A stretch of DNA of 64,000 nt from Raja brachyura. Taxonomy: Eukaryota. Where the stretch lies: positions 20,832,001 through 20,896,000 of the forward strand of contig OY740819.1 in NCBI GenBank assembly GCA_963514005.1, in the 5' to 3' direction. A program made the position numbers and the translations under genes. This document shows, one piece after another, positions 1 to 10,117 of the stretch (its first letter is position 1; the number at the start of each line of letters is the position of its first letter). Under the pieces are notes generated by a model. It was not told where the DNA came from and searched no databases. It worked only from the letters and a program-made list of their open reading frames with translations.

Positions 1-461
1 TCCCTCTTAAATCCATCCAGTGACTTGGCCTCCACTGCCCTCTGTGGCAGGGAATTCCATAAATTCACAACTCTCTGGGTGAAAACGTTTTTTCTCACCT
101 CAGTCTTAAATGGCCTCCCCTTTATTCTAAGACTGTGGCCCGTGGTTCTGGACTCGCCCAACATTGGGAACATTTTTCCTGCATCTAGCTTGTCCAGTCC
201 TTTTATAATTTTATATGTTTCTATAAGATATCCCCTCATCCTTCTAAACTCCAGTGAATACAAGCCTAGTCTTTTCAATCTTTCCTCATATGACAGTCCC
301 GCCATCCCAGGGATCAGTCTCGTGGACCTACGCTGCACTGCCTCAATCGCAAGGATGTCCTTCCTCAAATTAGGAGGCCAACACTGTATACAATACTCCA
401 GATGTGATCTCACCCAGAGCCCTATACAACTGCAGAAGAACCTCTTTATTCCTATACTGAA
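1..461 (-). mobile_element. CR1 LINE fragment (RT C-terminal region)
   Basis: Minus-strand translation ...NKEVLLQLYRAL...; homologous to the CR1 at 5704-6858. Confidence 0.9.
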
Positions 462-1184
462 ATTCGAATCTCCAGCATCTGCAGTTCCTTCTTGAATATT
501 TCAGTATTCCATCTTTGTACAGCAAAAACCTGGACACATCCGTGCCCATAAATCTCAGTCGAGATAACAAGATAGTGATGAGTTGAAGATACGAGGTCAG
601 AGGTTGAAGGGAATCTTCGAGTGAAAGCAGAGGGTGATGGAAACAGTACAGGGTCAGGCTGAGGTGTAGAGAGGAGGGGAGTTGAGGTCTCGGCACTTCA
701 CTCCCCTCTCAATTCTTTCCGCTCTCTCACTTCACAGATGCTTTTCACTTCCCTCCCCTCTCTGCCCCCCACACCCACTATTCTTCACTCTACTTTTCAC
801 CCCACTCCTCCCATCACTTCTCTATTTTCTTAAATCTCAAATAGCCCTCCGGAGAACAGGTTAAGGAGTCAATTCAAGTCATTAGGCTGATGCTGCCATT
901 TTTGTAGTCGTGCAAACTATATTTTTCATCAAAAGTGCCGAACCTTTCTCCATCCCTGATGACCCTGATCACCTCCAGTGCTTTCGTTTTGAAGACTTCA
1001 AAGTTAGTCAACTTAATCTATCTATGGCCATCAATTCCCCCTATTTGATTAAGAAAAAAATGCTGCTGCGAGGTGTGTTTGTGTTTGTAAATCATATAGG
1101 AGCAGCAGCAGGCCATATGGCCCATTGAGTCTATCACACCATTCAATCATGGCTGATCTATCTTCCCCTCTCAACCTCATTCTC

Positions 1185-1238
1185 AGGGTGGAAGATTGCA
1201 ACCTTCACGTGGTCCGCCCTGTTTCGACTAATGTAATC
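1185..1238 (+). ncRNA. Minimal HDV-like ribozyme fold (copy 1)
   Basis: AGGGUGG/CCGCCCU, GAUUGCA/UGUAAUC, ACC-UUCACGU-GGU, J4/2 CUAA. Confidence 0.78.
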
Positions 1239-1323
1239 AACTCGACGTGTACAAACGGAAGATCAAATAGAAGAAGTTGTCCTACAACTTTAGGCCGTGC
1301 ACGCCACACGAAAGGAGAAGAAG
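1185..1323 (+). mobile_element. HDV-like ribozyme-headed short retroposon, copy 1
   Basis: Near-identical to the copies at 1629-1768 and 32954-33086; GAGAAGAAG tail; imperfect TSD aacctcattctc/aacccctttctc; inserted into a CR1 3' fragment. Confidence 0.85.
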
Positions 1324-1628
1324 AACCCCTTTCTCCTGCTGTGTCGGCTGCAGAAGGAATGGGTGACATTTTGGGCCGAGACCCTTCTTCGGACCCTGGA
1401 CGCAGAACAGTAGAGCACGAGGACAGGCCCTTCGGCCCACAATGTCTGTGCTGATTATGAGGTCCAAGGGCTGAAGAGGGCCGGGTGAGGAGAGGGATGA
1501 TGGTCCGCGAGACGACCGGAATTGAGCCTTTGTGGCCAGCTACAACTGTGACTGTAATATGTTGCCACCTCTTGCATATGGACTCAGTGGGCTGCACTGT
1601 ACATTCTGGACTAACCGAGGGACTGTGC

Positions 1629-1768
1629 TTCTTCGTCTTGCGTATGGCGTGCACAGCCTAAAGTTGTCGGACAACTTGTTCTATTTGATCTTATTTAATT
1701 GTGCACGCCGGGTTGATTGCATTCGTCGAAACAGGGCGGACCACGTGAAGGTTGCAATCTCCCATCCC
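1629..1768 (-). mobile_element. HDV-like ribozyme-headed short retroposon, copy 2
   Basis: Perfect 11-bp TSD agggactgtgc (1618-1628 and 1769-1779); (GAA)n tail. Confidence 0.88.
1715..1768 (-). ncRNA. Minimal HDV-like ribozyme fold (copy 2)
   Basis: GGGAUGG/CCGCCCU (G1-U wobble, one mismatch), P2 and P3 intact, L3 UUCACGU, J4/2 CGAA. Confidence 0.8.
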
Positions 1769-2179
1769 AGGGACTGTGCCTATGTATGGTAATAGTCTTA
1801 CTGAGCTGCATGCAAAAAAAGTTTTTCACTGTACCTTGGTCCACATGATAATAAAGCAACCATTGACTATTGAAGTGAGAAGCTACCTGAAAGAGCTATC
1901 TAAAGAATCTGTAGGAAGGAACTGCAGATGCTGGCTCGACCCAGAACGTCACCCACTCCTTCTTACCAGAGATGCTGCCTGTCCCGCTGAGTTGCTCCAG
2001 TATTCTGTGCCTATCTTCGGTATCTAGCCAGAATTTCTTACATAAAACTCACCTGTTCAGCCAAAGAATACACAGACTGCTGGAGTAATTCAGAACGTTA
2101 GGCAGCATCTCAGCAGGACATGGACAGGTGACATTTCAGGTCGGGGCCCTTGTTTAAACTGCAAGAAGGGGCCTGACCC

Positions 2180-2443
2180 GAAACGTCACCTATCCATGTT
2201 CCCCTGAGATGCTGCCTGACCCACTGAGTTACTCCGGCACTCTGTGAAACGTCACCTATCCATGTTCTCCTGAGATGCTGCCTGACCCGCTGAGTTACTC
2301 CAGCACTCTGTGAAACGTCACCTATCCATGTTCTCCTGAGATGCTGCCTGACCCGCTGAGTTACTCCGGCACTCTGTGAAACGTCACCTATCCATGTTCC
2401 CCTGAGATGCTGCCTGACCCACTGAGTTACTCCGGCACTCTGT
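2180..2443. repeat. Tandem repeat, 4 x 66 bp, inside a Penelope-derived element
   Basis: gaaacgtcacctatccatgttc...actctgt recurs at 2180, 2246, 2312, 2378. Confidence 0.95.
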
Positions 2444-2569
2444 CTTCCTTTGTAAGACAGCATCTGCAGTTCCTTGTTTCTGCATCTCAGCTAACAGGTT
2501 ATACACATTGACTTTGTTACAAAATATAAAGCATTTGTCGAATCACACAGAACCCGTGGAGGTTATTCA

Positions 2570-3130
2570 TCTCATCACACTCACCCCTAAACACCCTCAG
2601 ACACACTCCCCCTTCACCCCTCTCACCCCAGCACTATCCCCTCACCTACACCACTCCTCCCACCCCAGCCCTCCCTCCTCCCTATATCATCCCCTCCCTT
2701 CCCCCCTCTCCACCTCCCCTACTCTCCCTGGACCCTACATCCTCCCCCTCCCTCCTTTGCCCCCTTCCGCCATCCCTCCCCTCCATCATCCTCTCCTCTG
2801 CACCTCATCTACCTCCTCTCCCCTTCCCCTTCCCACCTCAGCATCCCACCCTCATCCCTCCCCTCTCCCCCTCCTCGCCCTTCACCACCTCTCCTTCCAG
2901 CCCTAAACCCTCTCTCCCCTCCTACTCCTCTCGGCCCTTCACCCTCTACTCTCCCCTCCCCAACCCCTACATCCTCTAATCTCTCCCCTCTCAGCCTTGC
3001 ACCCTCTCCCCTCTTCTCCCCCTTCCAGTCCTAAACCCTCTCTCCCCTCCTATCCCCCCCATCCTCAGCACCCCCTCCCCTCTATCCACCCCTCCTGTCC
3101 CCTCGGCCCTTCACCCTGTACTATCCCCTC
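2570..3130. repeat. C/T-rich low-complexity tract
   Basis: Long CCCT/CCTC-rich run, G-rich on the minus strand. Confidence 0.9.
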
Positions 3131-3134
3131 TCAC

Positions 3135-3500
3135 CTCCTCCTGTCGCCGCCACATCCGGGACTCCCCCGCAGACCGCATCCGGGTCCCGTTTCCCCGGGC
3201 GACGGGCGATTCCACTCGGACCGCGGGGGGGAGGAGGGCGAGACCAAGTCTACCCGGGGCGGGGGGGGAGGGGAGGGCGAGACCAAGTCTACCCGGGGCG
3301 GGGGGGGAGGGGAGGGCGAGACCAAGTCTACCCGGGGCGGGGGGGAGGGGAGGGCGAGACCAAGTCTACCCGGGGCGGGGGAGCGGGTTTGTGGAGCCGC
3401 TTTTCCCCCCCTCCCCCACCCTGGGACTTGGTCTCTCCCCCACCCCGCACCCCAGCGCCCCCTGCGGCCAACAGCGGCGCTGCAGCGAGCAGCAGATACA
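3135..3500 (-). promoter_or_regulatory. CpG-rich putative promoter/first exon of a downstream minus-strand gene
   Basis: High GC and CpG density, GC boxes, two CCGGATG ETS-like motifs, strong donor GAG|GTGAGA at 3135/3134. Confidence 0.5.
3225..3381. repeat. G-rich minisatellite, 4 x 38-39 bp
   Basis: agaccaagtctacccggggc recurs at 3241, 3280, 3319, 3357. Confidence 0.95.
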
Positions 3501-3524
3501 CATTAAAAGCTGACGTCTACGCCC

Positions 3525-3732
3525 CCTGTCCCACTTGGGGAAACTTGAACGGGAACCCCTGGAGGCTTTGCGCCCCACCCAAGGTTTCCGGAGGTTTTTG
3601 TCAGGTCTCCCGGAACATAGAAGAAGCGGAAACCACTTTCGACCATTAGGGAGACTGACCAAAACCTCCGGGAACCGCACGGAAACCTTGGGTGGGGCGC
3701 GAAGTCTCCAGAGGTTTCCCAAGTGGGACAGG
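3525..3732. mobile_element. MITE (possibly PIF/Harbinger-like) with fold-back interior
   Basis: TIRs cctgtcccacttggg / cccaagtgggacagg plus internal inverted repeats. Confidence 0.75.
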
Positions 3733-5703
3733 CAGCATCTCTAGAGAGAAGGAATGGATGAATTTTCTGATCGAGACCCTTCTTCAGCCAGGACAGAGAC
3801 AACGTCTGAAGAAAGGTCTCCACCCGAAACGTTTTCTCTCCAGAGATGCTGCCTGTCCCGCTGAGTTACTCCAGCATTTTGCGTCTATCTTCGGTGTAAA
3901 CCAGCATCTGCAGTTCCTTCCTGCACCAAAGAGCTTTGACATACTGCAAACTCATTTTGCCCTATATTGTTCTTTTTTTAATAATTTATTCTGGATGCTT
4001 TCAAGAGAGTTAGATAGAGCTCTTGAAGATAGCAGAGTCAGGGGATATGGGGAGAAGGTGCTGGCTCGAAGGGCCAAATGGCCTACTCCTGCACCTATTG
4101 TCTAAGGCAGAAACAGGGTACTTGATTGTGGATGATTAGCTATGGTCACAGTGAATAGCCAGCTCCTGCATCTATTGTCTATTGAAATTCTCCCCCCCCC
4201 CCCTCCCCCGCCCCCGTTTCTTTACCATGGTATTGATTGAGTGCCGTGTTTACAAACCTGTTATGTTGCTGCAAGTAAGAATTCCAATCTTGTTTTGGTA
4301 CATATCTCAATTAAAAACTCTCGGCTCTTGTTGGAATGCAAGCTGGAAAACGTTTGCTTGTTCTCCTAGACGTGGAAGTGTGTAAACGTAAAAGCAACCT
4401 GTCGCTTTGGTCTCCTGGCAACGAGATTTTTAGATTAAAACGTCTTGTTCTTGTGTCAACTCTTACATGCACCTCGGCCATTTCTGCAACCTCGCCCTTG
4501 GCTTTAAGGAAGAAAGGGAGAGCGAGTTCCACAGTACTCTCACTCTTGGCACAAGTTCCCCAGTTGTATTTATTGATCCACACACAGAAGTGCTGGAGGA
4601 ACTCAGCAAGTCAGATAGCATCTGTGGGCAGAATAGACGGGACAAAGTTTTGGATCAGGACTCTTCTTCAGTCTAAATTTCTCAGTCATTGTCTTACACG
4701 GATGGAGGCCCTGAGGTGCGCTTTTGATCCATTTATGCTCTACTCAATAACTAAAAGTCTAGCTCCCTTTTGCTCTGGTATTTTATTTCATTCACGTTTA
4801 AACTATAATGTTTTATTATTAATTGTTCACTGTATATCGTGTTGTTACTTGCGAGCAGAGCACCAAGGCAAATTCATTGTATGTGTTCATACTTGGCCAT
4901 TAAACGTATTCATTAATTTGGCCCATTGAGTCCACTCCACCATTCAATCATAGCTGATCTCTCTCAACCCCATTCTCCTGCCTTCTCCCCCTAACCTCTG
5001 AAGCCCTTGCTCCACTTAAAAAATACCCAATGGCTTGCCGCTCACCACCACAAGAGGGAGCATGTGTGCAGCAGAAAGATGGGATCCACTGGGATTTCCA
5101 TCATTAAGATACAAACTTTCCAGACGTAAACATCATTTTGCTCTTTGAATGGAGAGAAGGGGCGAACATTAACATTTGAATATTTCCACCAGGTGGCGCT
5201 TCAATGGCAGCCTCGCCTACAGTCTGTCTGTCCTTTTCAAGTTTTTTTTGTTATTTTAATGTGTTTTAAAAATGTGTTAATGTTCTCTGGTTTGTTTTAT
5301 GTGGGGGTGGGCGGGGGAAACATTTTTTTAATGTCTTACCTTGCCGGAGATGCGATTGTTTTTCTGGGGTCGTATCTCCGGTCGCTCTGCGGCCTAACAT
5401 CGTGGGACTGGAGGCCTCGCTCGGGACTGACTTTGAGCCCCACCGCGGGGATGTGAACTTACCATCAGAGCAGATTCCTTGCCTGGGCTCGACGCTCCAA
5501 CCACGGCCTGCGGACTTTAACATCAAGGTCCCCGCAGTCTCTGGTTGAGACCGATGTTGGGAAGCACCAAAAGCCGCACGACGTTTGACTAGCCCCGACC
5601 CAGGATAGATCGTCCGGCGCGGGGGAGCTGAGATTCTCCCCGATGCAGGAGCTTCATCGCCCCGACAAGGAGGCCCGCCGCCAGCTACAGGAGTAAGATC
5701 GTC

Positions 5704-6858
5704 ACAAGAGATTAGTATATAAACTTAAAGCATACGGCATTGGGGGTTCAGTATTGATGTGGATAGAGAGCTGGCTGGCAAACAGGAAGCAAAGAGTAGG
5801 AGTAAACGGGTCGTTTTCACAATGGCAGGCAGTGACTAGTGGGGTACCGCAAGGCTCAGTGCTGGGACCCCAGCTATTTACAATATACATTAATGATCTG
5901 GATGAGGGAATTGAATGCAACATCTCCAAGTTTGCGGATGACACTAAGCTGGGGGGCACTGTTAGCTGTGAGGAGGATGCTAGGAGACTGCAAGGTGACT
6001 TGGATAGGCTGGGTGAGTGGGCAAATGTTTGGCAGATGCAGTATAATGTGGATAAATGTGAGGTTATCCACTTTGGTGGCAAAAATAGGAAAGCAGACTA
6101 TTATCTAAATGGTGGCCGATTAGGAAAAGGGGAGATGCAGCGCGACCTGGGTGTCATGGTACACCAGTCATTGAAAGCAGGCATGCAGGTGCAGCAGGCA
6201 GTGAAGAAAGCGAATGGTATGTTAGCTTTCATAGCAAAAGGATTTGAGTATAGGAGCAGGGAGGTTCTACTTCAGTTGTATAGGGTCTTGGTGAGACCAC
6301 ACCTGGAGTATTGCGTGCAGTTCTGGTCTCCAAATCTGAGGAAGGACATTATTGCCATAGAGGGAGTGCAGAGAAGGTTCACCAGACTGATTCCTGGGAT
6401 GTCAGGACTGTCTTATGGACAAAGACTGCATGGTCTCAGTTTATACTCTAGAATTTAGGAGATTGAGAGGGGATCTTATAGAAGCTTACAAAATTCTTAA
6501 GGGGTTGGACAGGTTAGATGCAGGAAGATTGTTCCCGATGTTGGGGAGGTCCAGGACAAGGGGTCACAGCTTAAGGATAAGGGGGAAATCCTTTAGGACC
6601 GAGATGAGAAGGGCTTTTTTCACACAGAGAGTGGTGGGTCTCTGGACCTCTCTGCCAGAGAGGGTAGTTGAGGCCAGTTCATTGGCTATATTTAAGAGGG
6701 AGTTAGATGTGGCCCTTGTGGCTAAAGGGATCAGAGGGTATGGAGAGAAGGCAGGTACGGGATACTGAGTTGGATGATCAGCCATGATCATATTGAATGG
6801 CGGTGCAGGCTCGAAGGGCCGAATGGCCTACTCCTGCACCTAATTTCTATGTTTCTAT
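5704..6858 (+). mobile_element. 5'-truncated CR1 LINE (RT C-terminal half, frameshifted)
   Basis: ORFs 5754..6458 (SGVPQGSVLGP, FADD) and 6415..6768; 3' tail of tttctatg repeats. Confidence 0.95.
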
Positions 6859-7121
6859 GTCCCGTCAACGGAAGGTTAGAGGCCCCCGACCACTGGAGAA
6901 TAAAGAGAGAGAACTTCTTTTCACCTTTCATCACAGTGAGGAATGTGGAGGAGTCACTGTGGTGGATGTTTATGTTAAAATGTATTTTGTGTGTTCTGTT
7001 TTTATTGGTATGACTGTATGGCAAATGAAAATCCTCATATGTTGCAAAATATACTTTGCTAATAAAGTATGATTATGACATTTGCAATTGATAAACAGTT
7101 TAAAGGAAACGAACATTGATT

Positions 7122-7250
7122 GGCACAGTGGTAGAGTTGCTGCCTCACAGCGCTAGAGACCCGGGTTCGATCCTGACTACAGGAGCTATCTGTACGGAAT
7201 TTGTATGTTCTCCCCGTGATCTGCGTGGGTTTCCTCCCATAGTCCAAAGA
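7122..7250 (+). mobile_element. HE1-like tRNA-derived SINE, 5' part
   Basis: ggcacagtggtagagttgctgcc...gggttcgatcc A/B boxes. Confidence 0.8.
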
Positions 7251-7265
7251 CGGAAATATGCCTCA

Positions 7266-7791
7266 AGGGCATGTCCCAATTTCACGAGGTAATTCACAAA
7301 TTCTCCCAAGTTTTCCCCCCGCCCGATTCAAACTTGCAGAATGTTCGTAACGAGTCCGTAGGAGTTCGTAATTATATCATAGCGGCTCGTTATGCTAGCC
7401 ATAGGTACACGGGGCATCAGTTAAGTCGGGACGTTTTTTTCCAGCCCTATGAAAAATGCCCATGAGTAAAAAAAAAGTTGGGATGAAAAAAAATTGCAAC
7501 TTTTTACTCGTTTGCTGGTTCGTGGGGAAACCGTAGTAGACCGTGAGGGTAGTCGTGGATACTCGTAGCTATTTGTGGGTACTCGTAGCTTGGCAGCTGG
7601 ACAGAGGAAATAAAGGTGAGTGAAAAAAAAGCTTAAGTCAACATCAGCATGTGACCTCTGTGACTCCAGTTTGTGAGCATATTCGTGGAAGGTTGTAGGA
7701 GTTTGTAGATTACCAAAGTCTTGATTTTCTTTTTTTAGGTCCTTTAAACTCGGCAGGTTTTAGATTAAGTCGTGAAAGTGGGACAGGCCCT
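7266..7791. mobile_element. PIF/Harbinger-like non-autonomous DNA transposon
   Basis: TIRs agggcatgtcccaatttcacga / tcgtgaaagtgggacaggccct; flanks tca and taa. Confidence 0.75.
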
Positions 7792-9472
7792 TAACTCTTC
7801 TCCTATTACTCAAGACCTTATGTTCAAAGGGACAAAGTTTAAATGAGAAGTTCCAGACTTGAAAAAAACATTTATAACAGGGTATGATGGGCGCCTGGAA
7901 TTTGCTGCCAGATGTGGTGATAGAGGCAGATACAAGGGGCATACAAGAGGCTTTCAGATAGACACATGACCATGTAGCGAATAGAGGGATGTGGTACATA
8001 TACAGAGATTTGTTTATCTGGTGTTGATGTTCGACATGGATATTGTGGGGCAAAAGGCCAGTTCCTGTGCTGCCTGGTCTATATTCTAAATTCAGATCAA
8101 CCAGACACTAAATTCAATGGTTTCATGCAGGAGCAGTCAATGGGGAAAGTAAAAATGACCTGCATATTTAATATAACTAATAACAGGACTTCTGAACAGA
8201 TCAGACTCCCCACCATCCACTCCTTTTACACTTCATGTCACCTCGGGACCGCAGCCAACATTAGAGGATCATTTTCAACCCTCTCCCGTCAGGATGAAGT
8301 TAAAAGCTTGAAAGCACGTGCCAGATTCAGGAGCAGCGTATTCCCCGCTGTTATCAACTACCGTCAGTCTGAAGACAAGTCTCGAAGCGAAACAGCCATT
8401 CTTTCTCTCCAGAGATGCTGCCTGACCCGCCGAGTTCCCCCAGCATTTTGTGTCCATCTTCGATCCAACATAAACCTGTAGTCCTGATCTCCCAACCTAC
8501 CTTATAGCGAATCTTGCACTTTTTACTCTGCACTCTGATATTTCTCTCTTCACAATGCCTGCTGTGCTTTGTTTCATTGCACTCGTGTAGAGTATGTCTG
8601 TATATCAGTGTTTCCACTGCATCTCAGTACATACCAATTATAAATGATGGCATTGGCACATAGTTTATCCGTAGTAACAAAATATCGGTCCGGCTGTTGC
8701 AGGGACGGTCCCAGCGGCCGATGAGATGGGCCTGGGTATTGCCTCCAGCATCTTCACAATCGGCGACAGGAGGAGCCCCCGGGACAGACGGTCGGGTGAG
8801 AAGGACATCGGATCGCGGGCCTGCAGCTGCCTGGGGCTTACCTTGGTCTGGGAGGGGGGGGGGGGGGAAAGAGCTCTTTACTCTCAGTATGTGGAGCAGA
8901 CTCGACTTTCTCTTCGCAAATGCTGCCAAAATATGGCGACTGTGCATTTGTGGGTTGTGCAAAAGATTTGTACTGTTTGAGCATTCGTGACAATGAAGAC
9001 CCATTGAACCATTATACCAGTGCAACTGCCCCTGTAGCAAAGCCTTAGAGGGCGATTCATTCATTTTATGTCAAAATCATTAGTTCCGATCTTCCAGCTT
9101 ACCTTATTGTAGACGTTAGACTTTGTCTGAAGCACTCTGGTATGTTCCCTTTACACTACGTGTTGTGCTGTGTCTGGTTTGATTGGACTCTTGTATATAT
9201 AATCTGATTGCATTGAATAGCAGGCAAAGAAAAACATACTTCACACATGGATAGGACCGTTTTGGAGGGATATGGACCCAGCGCAGGCAGGTGGGACTAG
9301 TGTAGATGGGACATGTTGGGCCGAAGGGCCTGTTTCCACACTGCAACACTATGACTCTATATGTCAATAAAATATATACCAATGGATCCCAATGTTTGGA
9401 GCAGATCAGGGAGGTTGGTCTGGGCAGAGATGATTTGTTCAGTTTTGGAAATCGGTGGCGTTGGGTCTGGAG

Positions 9473-9694
9473 CAGTGGGTCTTAACCTGGGTGAGGTTCT
9501 TAACCTGGGGCTCATGAACCCCCCCCCGTCCCCCCATGGGGGTCATTTAGAGCTTTACTGGGGGACATGAAGGGGACATAAATAACATATCCATTTGTTG
9601 AGGCCATGTTTGAGAACCGAACAAAGGTACATACCACACATAGTGTTTTGTTCACGTATGGGTGTCCAGGTTCCAAAAAGGTTAAGAACCACTG
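9473..9694. mobile_element. hAT (Charlie-like) MITE
   Basis: TIRs cagtgggtcttaacct / aggttaagaaccactg; 8-bp TSD gtctggag/gtctagtg resembling NTCTAGAN. Confidence 0.75.
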
Positions 9695-10034
9695 GTCTAG
9701 TGGAACCAGGAAACTTTGTGAAGCAGCCGGACATTCAAGGTTACCAGTGCTGGAGGCGCTCAGTGGGCCAGGCAGCGTCTGTGGAGGGAAGGGATAGCTA
9801 ACGACTTGGTTCTGGACCCTTCTTCAGACTGACACATGTCAATAAAATTAAGTATTCATTCATTTAGAATAAACTAATACCAATTCAGGAGGCAGAGAGA
9901 AATGGTGAATGCCAGGTTGCTGAACAATGCACAAAATATCATGTAATTGAAATGTATTTTTTTCCAAACTGCTCACTGCAGTTCCAGAGCTCAACCACGC
10001 ACACCTTCAGAATCCAGGAGTAGCCTTGTATCGC

Positions 10035-10117
10035 AAGAAATAAACACACCTTCAAAGTCAGACTTTAAAATAAAGAGTCTGGGAGCTTTTATTTCTCAAA
10101 AATAGTGATGATTTATT
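10035..10117 (-). terminator. Likely distal polyadenylation signal(s)
   Basis: AATAAA on minus strand at 10088-10093 and 10112-10117, followed by GGTGTGTTTATTTCTT (10050-10035). Confidence 0.6.

Noticed and set aside
1185-1768. Single MITE with 135-bp terminal inverted repeats
   Set aside because: Each copy has its own TSD and tail, and a solo copy exists at 32954.
2180-2443. CRISPR-like array
   Set aside because: Contiguous tandem units with no unique spacers, in eukaryotic DNA.
2110-3506. ORFs 2110..2463, 2508..2906, 2997..3506 as proteins
   Set aside because: They come from tandem repeats and C-rich low-complexity sequence; no protein features.
4336-4929. 197-aa ORF as a gene
   Set aside because: Its 3' half crosses repeat fragments; no recognisable domain or splice pattern.
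5704-6858. Active LINE or host RT gene (also 35559-36560)
   Set aside because: Both are 5'-truncated and frameshifted.
8690-8960. CpG-rich patch as a promoter; 15-mer CGGCGACAGGAGGAG shared with 3135-3149
   Set aside because: It continues into a LINE-like 3' tail and looks repeat-derived; one 15-mer match is expected by chance in 64 kb.
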